Shown: piece after piece, positions 19,013 to 27,471 of the stretch
Layout: every line of letters begins with the position of its first letter
How positions within the stretch are numbered: the stretch's first letter is position 1
NCBI GenBank assembly: GCA_963719225.1
Contig: CAVRAY010000002.1
Coordinates: forward strand, 390,077 to 454,076
DNA from: Thermoanaerobaculia bacterium
GTDB taxonomy: Bacteria > Acidobacteriota > Thermoanaerobaculia > UBA5066
Direction: 5' to 3'
Length of the DNA: 64,000 bases
Translations under genes and position numbers: made by a program
The notes under the pieces: generated by a model
What the model was told of the DNA's origin: nothing
Seen by the model: only the letters and a program-made list of their open reading frames with translations
Database searches by the model: none

Positions 19013-21855
19013 GCACGTCCTCGGCGGCGCCGCTCCGGACGCTCGCCCTCCTCGCGCTCGGTTTCGCGTTCGCAGGCGAGGAGCTGATCCGGACGGGCCG
19101 GGCTCCGTGGGCCGGCATCGGCGCGCAGCTCCTCGCGTCGGGTCTCTTCGCGTGGGGCGCCTGGCCGCGGCCGGCGCCACTCGGGAATGCTCCCACGGCG
19201 CGCCGGAGAGGCACGGGCGCTCTTCTCGCATTCGCCGCCGTCTCTCTGGGCGCGATCGCGTCGATCGTGTGGTGCCTCAGGCTCTACGCCCACGGCCGCG
19301 ACGTGGCCGCCGAGGGCCCGTGGATCGCCGCGATCCTCCTGATGGCGGCGGCCGGCTTTCTCGGAGGCGAGCTCACGGCCATCGCCCCGCGCTGGGACGC
19401 CGCGCCTCCTCTCGAGAGCCGGACCCGCCGAGGCCTCTTCGCGCTCGCGGTCGTCCTGATCCTCTGCCTCGCGGCTGCGACGCGCCTTCCCGCGCTCGAC
19501 AGGATTCCCTTTGGGATTAACGCGGACGAGGGCGATCGGGCCGCGGTGTCGCTCTCGATCCTCCGGAGCCACGACGTGACGCCGCTCTTCGGCGTCGGCT
19601 GGTACCACATCAGCATCGTCTACTTCCGGCTCCTCGCGGCGGTCATGCGCGTGGCCGGAGCGACCGTTGCCGGGGCGCGGACGTTCGGCGCCCTCTGTGG
19701 AATCGCCACCGTGGGTCTCGTCCTCGCGCTCGGGGTCAAGCACTTCGGGCGTCGGGCCGGCCTTCTCGCCGGACTCCTCGTCGCTTCTTTCGGACCGGCT
19801 CTGCAGTTCTCGCGGGAGACGACGGAGGCGAGCCCCACCGCCACGCTCTGGACCGCGAGTGCGCTGCTGTTCCTCGAAGCGGCGCGCGGAGGACGTGCGT
19901 GGGCCTGGATCCTCTCGGGGCTCGCGGGAGGCTTTTCGCTCTACTTCTATCCGACGGGACGCCTGTGGAGCGTCCTCGCGATCCTTTTCGTGATCGCGCT
20001 CCTCGTGACCTCTCCGCGCGGCACGCGCGCGAAGATCCTCTCGGGAGCGCTCCTCGCGGCGGTCGCGGCGCTCGTCATCGGCGCGCCGTTTCTCTACCGG
20101 GCGTACGTCAACCCGGACTGGTTCGTCGTGAGGGCCCGGGAGACGAGCATCTTCGTCAGCTCGAACCTGACGCGGCTGGCGTACGTCCATCGCGACTGGT
20201 CGACGCCCCGTCTCCTCCTCGCGCAGCTCGAGCGGTCGATCGGGATCTTCAACCGCTTTCCGGACGGCAACTATTTCTGGCCGACGGGAAAGCCGATCCT
20301 CCCTCCCGCGCTCGCGGCCCTGACGATCACCGGCCTCTTCGCGAGCCTCTGGCGCGTCCGGGATCCACGGCACGCCCTCCTTTCGGCATGGTTCTGGGCC
20401 GGATTCGTGGGGGTCATCGTCACCGTAGAGACGCCAAACCTCCAACGCATGGCGACAGCGGTACCGGTGCTCGCGATCTTCGCGGCGCTCGTGCTGGACG
20501 AGGTGGTGCGCCGCTTCGCGGCGCCTCTCCAGGACCGCCGGGGCCGTGCCGCCGTGATCGCCCTCGTTTCGGCGGCCGCGCTCGCGCTGGCGGCCCGAGA
20601 GCTCGTCTTCTACTTCGGAGACTACGCGAAGCGTGACGCGTGGCCATACCCGCGGATCGAGGGAGGCACGGTCGCGCAGGAAGGCCGCGACGCCTGGGTC
20701 GTGAGCCTCGGCAACCAGTTCCACATGGTCAACTCGGGCTGGGTGTATCACCTCGCGCCCGACTCCCATCGCGCGGGAATCCTCTCTCCCGGGTTCCACC
20801 TCCCCCTGACGATCCCCGCGAACCGCGATCTCGCCTTCCTTTTCTATCCCGGGCAGGACGTGTACCGGCACTTCGTCGAGGGCATCTATCCGGGTGGGAG
20901 CACGCGCCGTGTTTCGACTCCGCCCGACCAGTGGATCTTCGACGTGTATCGCGTGCCCCTCTCCACGTGGCGGGCCACGCAGGGAGCGCTCGTGCACCTC
21001 CCCGAAGGCCCCGTCCACGTGCTCTCACTCGGAGATCCCGCGCCCGCGCCGCGCTCAAGCTCGGGAGGGAGATGGACCGCGGCGATGCGCGTGCCTCGCT
21101 TCGCCAACACTGCCTTCCGCCTCGGCCCGGGACCGGCCCGCCTCACGATCGACGGCCGGGAGGTCCTGTCGGTGGCGGCGGGCGAGCCGGTGAAGGAAGT
21201 CTCCCTGTGCCTCGCGCGCGGCGATCACTTCGTCGAGCTGGACACCGCGGGCGAGGGCCGTCCTCCCGCGCGCCTTCTCTGGGCTCCGTACCTGGCCCCG
21301 GGAGCCGAGCCCGCCTTCCAGACGATTCCGCCCGCGATCCTGAGACCTCTCGCCGAACCTCCGGGCGGGCTCTTCGGCGTCGTGACCTTCCCCGGTGGAA
21401 GGAGGCTCGAGCGGCTCGACGGAACGCTCGCGACGTGGAACCTTTGCGAGGAGTTTCAGTTCGGCGGCGAGCCCTTCGAGGCCGTGTGGAGGGGATCGCT
21501 CGTCCCTGCCGTTCCGGGGACCTACAAGTTGGGACTTCTGGCCTACGGAACGGCCGAGCTCAAGATCGACGGGCGGACCATTCTCAAGAGCGAGGGGGCG
21601 CACGACGAGCCGATTGTCGCGGACCTCGAGCTCTCGAGAGGAGAGCACGCCGTCGAGCTCACCTTCAGGCAGACCGTCGAGCCCGCGAGACTCGAATGGT
21701 CCTGGACGGAGCCCGGCGGGCAGACCACCATCGTGCCGCCGTCCGCACTCCGTCCTCCTCGGGGCGCGGGCGTTTCGCCGCCCAGGAAGCCTGAAGACTT
21801 CGGACCGCCCGGGCGCCCCCCGCTCGTCGACCACGCCGTTTTCCTGAGGTGGTAA
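19009..21855 (+). CDS. GT39/ArnT-like (PMT_2) glycosyltransferase fused to C-terminal PA14-like domain(s)
   Basis: GTG start at ~19009 overlapping the upstream stop (GTGA). The N-terminal part of the tabulated ORF 15787-21855 is a wrong-frame artefact. 'RLPALDRIPFGINADEGDRAAVSL' is a GT-C first-loop DE motif. About 13 TM helices. The C-terminus 'GTYKLGLLAYGTAELKIDGRTILKSEG…GEHAVELTFRQT' is PA14-like. Confidence 0.6.
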   Translation: MSTSSAAPLRTLALLALGFAFAGEELIRTGRAPWAGIGAQLLASGLFAWGAWPRPAPLGNAPTARRRGTGALLAFAAVSLGAIASIVWCLRLYAHGRDVAAEGPWIAAILLMAAAGFLGGELTAIAPRWDAAPPLESRTRRGLFALAVVLILCLAAATRLPALDRIPFGINADEGDRAAVSLSILRSHDVTPLFGVGWYHISIVYFRLLAAVMRVAGATVAGARTFGALCGIATVGLVLALGVKHFGRRAGLLAGLLVASFGPALQFSRETTEASPTATLWTASALLFLEAARGGRAWAWILSGLAGGFSLYFYPTGRLWSVLAILFVIALLVTSPRGTRAKILSGALLAAVAALVIGAPFLYRAYVNPDWFVVRARETSIFVSSNLTRLAYVHRDWSTPRLLLAQLERSIGIFNRFPDGNYFWPTGKPILPPALAALTITGLFASLWRVRDPRHALLSAWFWAGFVGVIVTVETPNLQRMATAVPVLAIFAALVLDEVVRRFAAPLQDRRGRAAVIALVSAAALALAARELVFYFGDYAKRDAWPYPRIEGGTVAQEGRDAWVVSLGNQFHMVNSGWVYHLAPDSHRAGILSPGFHLPLTIPANRDLAFLFYPGQDVYRHFVEGIYPGGSTRRVSTPPDQWIFDVYRVPLSTWRATQGALVHLPEGPVHVLSLGDPAPAPRSSSGGRWTAAMRVPRFANTAFRLGPGPARLTIDGREVLSVAAGEPVKEVSLCLARGDHFVELDTAGEGRPPARLLWAPYLAPGAEPAFQTIPPAILRPLAEPPGGLFGVVTFPGGRRLERLDGTLATWNLCEEFQFGGEPFEAVWRGSLVPAVPGTYKLGLLAYGTAELKIDGRTILKSEGAHDEPIVADLELSRGEHAVELTFRQTVEPARLEWSWTEPGGQTTIVPPSALRPPRGAGVSPPRKPEDFGPPGRPPLVDHAVFLRW

Positions 21856-21862
21856 GCGGTGC

Positions 21863-22660
21863 TCAGGGCGCGGGTGCTTCGGCCCCGCACCAATACGCCT
21901 GTTCCGCGATCGTCTCGAGCGCGGAGGAGCGATAGCGCCCCGACTCCCACGAGCGCCGAAGCGACGCGATGCGCAGGAGCATGCCCAGGGAATGGAGACC
22001 GAGGTGCACGGTGCTTTGCCCGGAGCGGCGCAGGCGGACCGGGACGCGCTTGATCTCGAGGTTGTACTTCAGCGCGACGTAGAGGAGTTCCACGTCGCCC
22101 GCGAAGCCGTTCTCCCTGAGGAGAGGGAAGAGCGCCTCCGCGACGTCGCCGCGGAAAGCCTTCAGACCGCACTGGGTGTCGAAGAGCCCGCCGGTCACGA
22201 GCATCCGCACGAAAAAGGAGAACGCGAGAGAGGCCGTGTCGCGGTGCCACGGCACGTGGGGCCTGTAGTCGGACGCATGGAGCGTGCGGTCTCCGGTGAC
22301 GACGTGGAAGCCGCGGTCGTTCACGAGGCGGGCCATGTAGGGAACCGCGTCGAGATCGAAGGGAAGGTCGGCGTCCGTGAAGACACGGCACCGGCCTCGG
22401 CTCGCGAGCATGCCCGCCTTCAGCGCGCCGAACTTCCCGAGGTTCCTCGGGAGAGAGACGACCCTGAGGCTCCGCGCCCGGGACGTGGCGAGGCGTTCCG
22501 CGGTGCCGTCCGCGCTGCCGTCGTCGACCGCGACGATCTCCCAGGAGAGGGAGCCCCGGCCCAGGAACTCGTCCGCATCGGCGAGGCTCCGCTCGACGAA
22601 ATCCGCCGCGTTGAAGACGGGCAGGACCAGGGAGAGATCGGGAGGAGCTTCGACGCTCAC
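21863..22660 (-). CDS. GT2-family polyprenyl-phosphate sugar synthase-like glycosyltransferase (GtrB/ArnC/DPM1-like)
   Basis: The real product is only the C-terminal 265 aa of the tabulated 672-aa ORF. GTG start at ~22660 overlaps the methyltransferase stop (GTGA). 'LSLVLPVFNAADFVERSL…EIVAVDDGSADGT…FTDADLPFDL' shows the GT2 DxD and DAD motifs. Confidence 0.7.
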   Translation of the reverse strand: MSVEAPPDLSLVLPVFNAADFVERSLADADEFLGRGSLSWEIVAVDDGSADGTAERLATSRARSLRVVSLPRNLGKFGALKAGMLASRGRCRVFTDADLPFDLDAVPYMARLVNDRGFHVVTGDRTLHASDYRPHVPWHRDTASLAFSFFVRMLVTGGLFDTQCGLKAFRGDVAEALFPLLRENGFAGDVELLYVALKYNLEIKRVPVRLRRSGQSTVHLGLHSLGMLLRIASLRRSWESGRYRSSALETIAEQAYWCGAEAPAP

Positions 22661-23556
22661 GGAGCGGAGCTCCGGCGCGCCGTCACGAGCATCGAGCCCG
22701 AATTCGCGTAAAGGGCCGCGCGGCCCGGGGGGAGAAGGCGCGCAAACGCGCGCACGAGGCCTCCGCCGAACGGAAGGGCGTCGCCGATGCGCGAGAGAAG
22801 GAAACCTCCGGACACGTACTGGCCGCACGCGGAGAGGTGCTCGATCTCGAACTCCGGGGCGAGGGCCTCCGCGAGCGTCGACGGCGAGAAGTACGCGACG
22901 TGCTCGGGGATCTTGTAGGACACCCAGCGGCGCCCCGTCACGCGCGCGAGAAGGCTCTTCACGTTCGGCGTGGCGACGACAACCCGCCCTTCCGGCGCGA
23001 GGTGCCACGCGAGGTCCACCGCGAGCGCGCGGGGGTCGTAGACGTGCTCGATGACGTCGAAGAGCGTGATGACGTCGAAGGTCCCTCGGGGAAAGAGGCG
23101 GTCGGACAGCTTTCCGAGGCGGACGCGGTCCGGATGGCGAGAAGACGCGATCGCGACCGCGGGCCCGGAGACGTCCAGCCCCGACGCGTCGTAGCCGAGC
23201 GCGCGCGCCGCCTCGAGGCCGGCTCCGGGACCGCACCCCACGTCGAGGAGGCGAGCGCCGGGCGCGGGAGGAGGGAGCCGCGAGAGGCGTCGGACGAACG
23301 TGCGGACGAGGAGCGGCTCCATGGAGGCATAAGAGGAGTATCCGCCCTCGGAGCCGCCCTTTTCCCAGTAGTCGTCGGATTCGTACAGGAGAGGGACGTC
23401 GCTCTCGGCGACGCGCGGGGTGAGATAGCGCATCGAGCACGAGCGGCAGTCCACGACACGGTACGGCCCGAACGCGGCGCGCGTTCTGGCGGGAGGCGCC
23501 TCGCCGCAGAGCGGACACGTGCAGGTTTCGAGGCGGTACGGAGCGGCCGCAGGCAT
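22657..23556 (-). CDS. Class I SAM-dependent methyltransferase with N-terminal Zn-ribbon
   Basis: N-terminal CPLCG…CRSC zinc ribbon. 'LLDVGCGPGAGLEAARALGYDASGLDVS' is SAM-binding motif I. 'VVVATPN' follows. Confidence 0.7.
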   Translation of the reverse strand: MPAAAPYRLETCTCPLCGEAPPARTRAAFGPYRVVDCRSCSMRYLTPRVAESDVPLLYESDDYWEKGGSEGGYSSYASMEPLLVRTFVRRLSRLPPPAPGARLLDVGCGPGAGLEAARALGYDASGLDVSGPAVAIASSRHPDRVRLGKLSDRLFPRGTFDVITLFDVIEHVYDPRALAVDLAWHLAPEGRVVVATPNVKSLLARVTGRRWVSYKIPEHVAYFSPSTLAEALAPEFEIEHLSACGQYVSGGFLLSRIGDALPFGGGLVRAFARLLPPGRAALYANSGSMLVTARRSSAP

Positions 23557-23720
23557 CGGGTGCTCTCCGATCGATAGGATACCGGTGACGATGCACGCGG
23601 GCGGCCCGGCGGCGTCTTGGCGGTGCCCTTGGTATCATGCGTCTGCATTCGGAAACGAGGCCGGAAACGCGGAAAGGCCCGCTCGGGACGCGTTTCGGGA
23701 GTTCGCGAGGAGTTACGAAG

Positions 23721-24233
23721 ATGACGAAGAGATGGCGCTTTTTTCCGGTCGCTCTGTGTGTTCTTTTCGTGGCCTGCGGGAAATCCCCCGAGGCGCCCGG
23801 TAAGGGCGGTCCCGCGACCGCCGGGAAGCCGGCGGCGACCCTTGAAACCTCGACGCCGGCCCCGGAAGCGCCGAAAGGCATCTATATGACGAAGTTCCGC
23901 TTCGGCTTGTCGGCCGGTCCGGATGGCATCGTCATCTCGGAGACTCGTACCATCCAGCCGGGAGAGGCGATCTTCGCCTCGTTCGAGATCCCGAACGCTC
24001 CCCCGGGCTCGAAGGTCTTGGCCGCGTGGGTCCTCCTTCCGGACAGGAAGCCGCTCTCGCGCCAGGAAGCGCCGATCACGCCGGACAAGCCGGCCGTCGC
24101 CTTCAAGGCCGACTCGAAGGGCTGGCCGATTGGCGACTACGAACTGGAGATGTCTCTGGCCGAAGCGGGAAAAGATAAGCCGACGCTGGTGGGAACCGCG
24201 CAGTTCAAGATCGTCAAGGACAAGCTGAGGTAG
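23721..24233 (+). CDS. Hypothetical lipoprotein
   Basis: RBS aggag upstream. ATG at ~23721 gives 'MTKRWRFFPVALCVLFVACGKS' (lipobox LFVAC|G). The tabulated ORF starts earlier at 23637. Confidence 0.5.
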   Translation: MTKRWRFFPVALCVLFVACGKSPEAPGKGGPATAGKPAATLETSTPAPEAPKGIYMTKFRFGLSAGPDGIVISETRTIQPGEAIFASFEIPNAPPGSKVLAAWVLLPDRKPLSRQEAPITPDKPAVAFKADSKGWPIGDYELEMSLAEAGKDKPTLVGTAQFKIVKDKLR

Positions 24234-24316
24234 CGTGACCTAGGCCACAGGTTTGCGTCGTCACGGCGGCCGGGCGGAATATCCTTGCCGAGACGAAGTC
24301 TTCTTTTCTGGATGAG

Positions 24317-24817
24317 ATGATGGTGACGCGCCGGACCTTCACGCTCGCCGCGATCGGGACGGCCCTCGCCGCCGCGTCCTCGGTCGCGGGCGCCGCGCTC
24401 GCGTTCGCCCTGGGCCCGCTACGCGGCCGAGGACGGCAGGAGCAGGAGTTTCTGGACCTGGGCCCGGTGACGGCATTCGAGGCGCTCCGCGCCGGGACCT
24501 CGGGGCCCGAAGAAGTCGTCGCCGAAAGGACCGTCCAGGACGGCTACATGACGCGCCGCGTGAAGGAGCGCTTCGCGATCGTGAGGGACCCGAAAGAGGC
24601 GTCGGGCCTCGCCGCACTCGGCACGACGTGCAGTCATCTCGGGTGCGGCGTGTCGTGGAACCGGGTGCGCAAGGCCTTCCTCTGCCCCTGCCACGGCGGC
24701 GTGTACGGGCCGGGCGGCGAGGTGCTGGCCGGGCCTCCGCCGAAACCGCTCACGCGCCTGCCTCTCGTCGTGTCGGGCGGACGCCTGCAGCTCGACGCGG
24801 CGGCTCTCGACGCGTGA
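24317..24817 (+). CDS. Rieske [2Fe-2S] subunit of a cytochrome bc-type complex (Tat-exported)
   Basis: Twin-arginine 'TRRTFTLAAIG'. Rieske boxes 'CSHLGCGV' and 'CPCHGGVY'. Confidence 0.8.
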   Translation: MMVTRRTFTLAAIGTALAAASSVAGAALAFALGPLRGRGRQEQEFLDLGPVTAFEALRAGTSGPEEVVAERTVQDGYMTRRVKERFAIVRDPKEASGLAALGTTCSHLGCGVSWNRVRKAFLCPCHGGVYGPGGEVLAGPPPKPLTRLPLVVSGGRLQLDAAALDA

Positions 24818-26430
24818 AAAAGCTCCTGGAGTTTCTCGAGTCGCGAGGTGGCCTCACCTCGCTCTGGCGAAAGTTCGCCGACGAGCCCGTGAGCGTGCGG
24901 CGCGCGTGGCTCTTCACGCTGGGCTCCGCGGCGCTCGCCGTGTTCCTCGTCCAGTTCGTGACCGGCTTCGCGCTCGCACTCGCGTACGCGCCCACGCCGG
25001 ACCACGCCTGGGAAAGCGTGAAGGCGATCCAGACGCGCCTCTTCGCGGGAGGGCTCGTGCGCGGCCTTCACCACTGGGGCGCCTCGGCGATGGTCGTCTT
25101 CGCCGTCCTTCACATGGCGCGGACGTTCGTCTACGGAGCGTATCGGAAGCCGCGCGAGCTGAACTGGCTCGTGGGCCTCGCGCTCCTGGTCCTCGTTCTC
25201 GGATTCGGCTTCACGGGCTATCTCCTCCCGTGGGACCAGAAGGCGTACTGGGCGACGGTCGTCGGGACGAAGGTGCCGGAGGCCCTTCCGGTCCTCGGGC
25301 CGGCAGCCTCGCGCCTCATGGCCGGCGGACCCGCGGTGGGCGCGGCGACGCTGACGCGCTTCTACGCGCTCCACGTCGTCCTGCTTCCGGTTCTCGCGTT
25401 CGCTTTCATCGCCGTCCACCTCCTCCTGCTGCGCAAGCACTCTCACGCGGGACCGGCCGCGGAGCCCGATCCGAGAGAGCCGTTTTTCCCGTACCAGGCG
25501 GCCCGCGACGGCGTCGTGATCCTCGCGGTCGTCCTCGCGCTCTTCTGGCTCGCGGCGCGGCATCCCGCCCCGCTCGAAAGGCTGGCCGATCCCACCGACA
25601 CGACGACCGTGCCCCGCCCCGAGTGGTACTTCCTGCCGCTCTTCCAGCTGCTGAAGATCTTCAAAGGCCCGCTGGAGCCGATCGGCACCGCGGTTCTGCC
25701 CGGCCTTTCGATCCTCCTCCTCGCGCTCGTGCCGTGGCTCGACCGGGGCGCCTCACGTCGCTTCCCGGACCGAAAGCCCGTCCTCGTCTTCGGGGGCCTC
25801 GTCGCGGCCTGCCTTCTCTCGCTCCTCGTCTTCGGAGCCCTCGACGCGCCGAAGGCGCCGCGCTCGGGTCTCGAGGCCGGCTCCGAGGGGCCGCCCGACC
25901 CGCGCCTCCTCGGCGGCCTCGCCTCCTACGAGAGGCGCGGCTGCGCCTCGTGTCATGGAGTGGACGGCCGGCCCGCGGCGAACGCGCCTCCGAACGCACT
26001 CGGCCTCGCCGCGCGCGCACACGTCCTGGGCGGCGACGCGCTCGTCGCGCACGTGAAGGCGAAGAGTCCGAAGCCGGCCGCCGGCGACGAGGACGGAGAA
26101 AACCCCGACAAGGACGTGCCGTCTCTCCTCACGTACCTCGAGGCGGTCTCGCGGGACGGCGTCAAGCTCTCCGCGCTGCCCGGGCCGATCCGCGTCGGCG
26201 GCGCCGCGATCGACCGCGAGGACTGCCGGCAATGTCACCAGCTCTACGGGGAAGGCGGCCGGCGGGGGCCCGTGCTCCAGCATCTCCTCGGCAAGCGCGA
26301 CAAGGACTGGCTCGTCGAGCACTTCAAGGAGCCGAAGAAGGTCGTGCCGGGCTCGAAGATGCCGCCGTTCAGGTTCCTGCCCGACGCCGAGCTCCAGGCG
26401 ATGTCCGACTATCTCCTCGCACTGCCGTGA
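24814..26430 (+). CDS. Cytochrome b fused to a C-terminal di-haem cytochrome c (bc-complex subunit)
   Basis: GTG start overlapping the Rieske stop (GTGA); the tabulated ORF starts at 24628. Cytochrome b N-terminal domain '…LHHWGASAMVVFAVLHMARTFVYGAY…GYLLPWDQKAYWAT'. Two CxxCH motifs, CASCH and CRQCH, in the C-terminal region. Confidence 0.8.
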   Translation: MKKLLEFLESRGGLTSLWRKFADEPVSVRRAWLFTLGSAALAVFLVQFVTGFALALAYAPTPDHAWESVKAIQTRLFAGGLVRGLHHWGASAMVVFAVLHMARTFVYGAYRKPRELNWLVGLALLVLVLGFGFTGYLLPWDQKAYWATVVGTKVPEALPVLGPAASRLMAGGPAVGAATLTRFYALHVVLLPVLAFAFIAVHLLLLRKHSHAGPAAEPDPREPFFPYQAARDGVVILAVVLALFWLAARHPAPLERLADPTDTTTVPRPEWYFLPLFQLLKIFKGPLEPIGTAVLPGLSILLLALVPWLDRGASRRFPDRKPVLVFGGLVAACLLSLLVFGALDAPKAPRSGLEAGSEGPPDPRLLGGLASYERRGCASCHGVDGRPAANAPPNALGLAARAHVLGGDALVAHVKAKSPKPAAGDEDGENPDKDVPSLLTYLEAVSRDGVKLSALPGPIRVGGAAIDREDCRQCHQLYGEGGRRGPVLQHLLGKRDKDWLVEHFKEPKKVVPGSKMPPFRFLPDAELQAMSDYLLALP

Positions 26431-27215
26431 CGAACGTCCGGATCGCGCTCGCGAACCTGAGGTACCCGGCGACGCCGGAGCAGTCGGTGGAGCTCGCCGA
26501 AGAGGCCATCGCACGCGCGTCGGAGCGCGGCGCGGCGGTCGTCTGCTTCCCCGAGTGCTATGTCCCGGGCTATCGCGGGCTCGGCAAGTCCCCGCCTCCA
26601 CCCGACGCCGCCTTCCTCGGGCGGGCGGCGACGCGTGTGGCCGCCGCGGCCGCGAAGGCGCGCGTGGCCGTCGTTCTCGGAACGGAGCGGCTGGACGGAG
26701 ACGCGCTCCTCGCGACGGCGCTCGTCGTCGGGAAGGACGGGACGCGTCTGGGCTATCAGGACAAGGTGCAGGTCGACCCCTCCGAGGACGGCATCTACAC
26801 GCCCGGCACCTCGCGCCGCGTCTTCACCGCGGGAGAGCTCACGTTCGGCGTCGTGATCTGTCACGAGGGTTGGCGATACCCCGAGACCGTGCGCTTCGCG
26901 GCGCGGAAAGGTGCGCAGGTCGTCTTCCACCCGCATCTCGAGCTGGGCGGACCGGGCGGCGTCGCGCCGAGGACCTTCGCGGACAGTGCGAACACGTTCC
27001 ACGAGAAGGCGCTCCTCTGCCGCGCGGCAGAGAACACGTGCTTCATCGCGTCCGTGAACTACGCGGCGGCCGGCTCGGCGACGACGTCGGCCGTCGTGAA
27101 TCCGGACGGCACCCTCCTCGCGCACTTCCCGTATGGCGAAGAGGGGTTGCTCATCGCCGACCTCGACCTCTCCCTCGCGACCGGCTTGCTCGCGTCGCGC
27201 TACAGAGCCGTCTAG
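26427..27215 (+). CDS. Carbon-nitrogen hydrolase (nitrilase superfamily)
   Basis: GTG start overlapping the upstream stop (GTGA). 'VVCFPECYVPGY' carries the catalytic Glu. 'GVVICHEGWRYPE' carries the catalytic Cys in the CHE context. Typical CN-hydrolase length (~262 aa). Confidence 0.75.
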   Translation: MTNVRIALANLRYPATPEQSVELAEEAIARASERGAAVVCFPECYVPGYRGLGKSPPPPDAAFLGRAATRVAAAAAKARVAVVLGTERLDGDALLATALVVGKDGTRLGYQDKVQVDPSEDGIYTPGTSRRVFTAGELTFGVVICHEGWRYPETVRFAARKGAQVVFHPHLELGGPGGVAPRTFADSANTFHEKALLCRAAENTCFIASVNYAAAGSATTSAVVNPDGTLLAHFPYGEEGLLIADLDLSLATGLLASRYRAV

Positions 27216-27471
27216 AGATTTCTCTCGAAAATCGTGCTCCGTTCGTCGTTTAGCTGATCTCGTCGTTTGGTATCCTGAAAAAGAGTTCCCCGTGAACGCC
27301 GCGATGATCCACCGGCACGAGGTGACGCCGTTCGCGACGGGGTCCTCCTCTGCCGGGGGAAAGCTCGGATTGAAGCTGGCTTTCTTGAATGCCAGCGCGC
27401 CACGGGCGACATCATCGGGCCGGAGAGCGAGAGCTGAAAGCCCATTCAAGAGGTTGGAACGCTGAGCAGCG

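Noticed and set aside
14498-19231. 1577-aa minus-strand ORF, and similar very long ORFs (33780-36263+, 34582-36465-, 37764-40931-, 51235-54522-, 56571-58910+, 18952-21018-, 28958-30835-, 30683-32788+)
   Set aside because: Extremely Arg/Glu/Asp/Gly/Pro-rich, low-complexity translations antisense to or frame-shifted from well-supported genes. These are typical stop-codon-poor artefacts of ~70% GC DNA.
24906-26426. N-terminal 500 aa of the tabulated 769-aa ORF 24906-27215
   Set aside because: Arg-rich alternative frame of the cytochrome b/c gene. The genuine CN-hydrolase begins at the GTG at ~26427.
27375-27396. GCTGGC…GCCAGC hairpin between the convergent CN-hydrolase and reductase genes
   Set aside because: Only a 6-bp stem with a 10-nt loop and no U-tract on either strand. 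Too weak to call a terminator.
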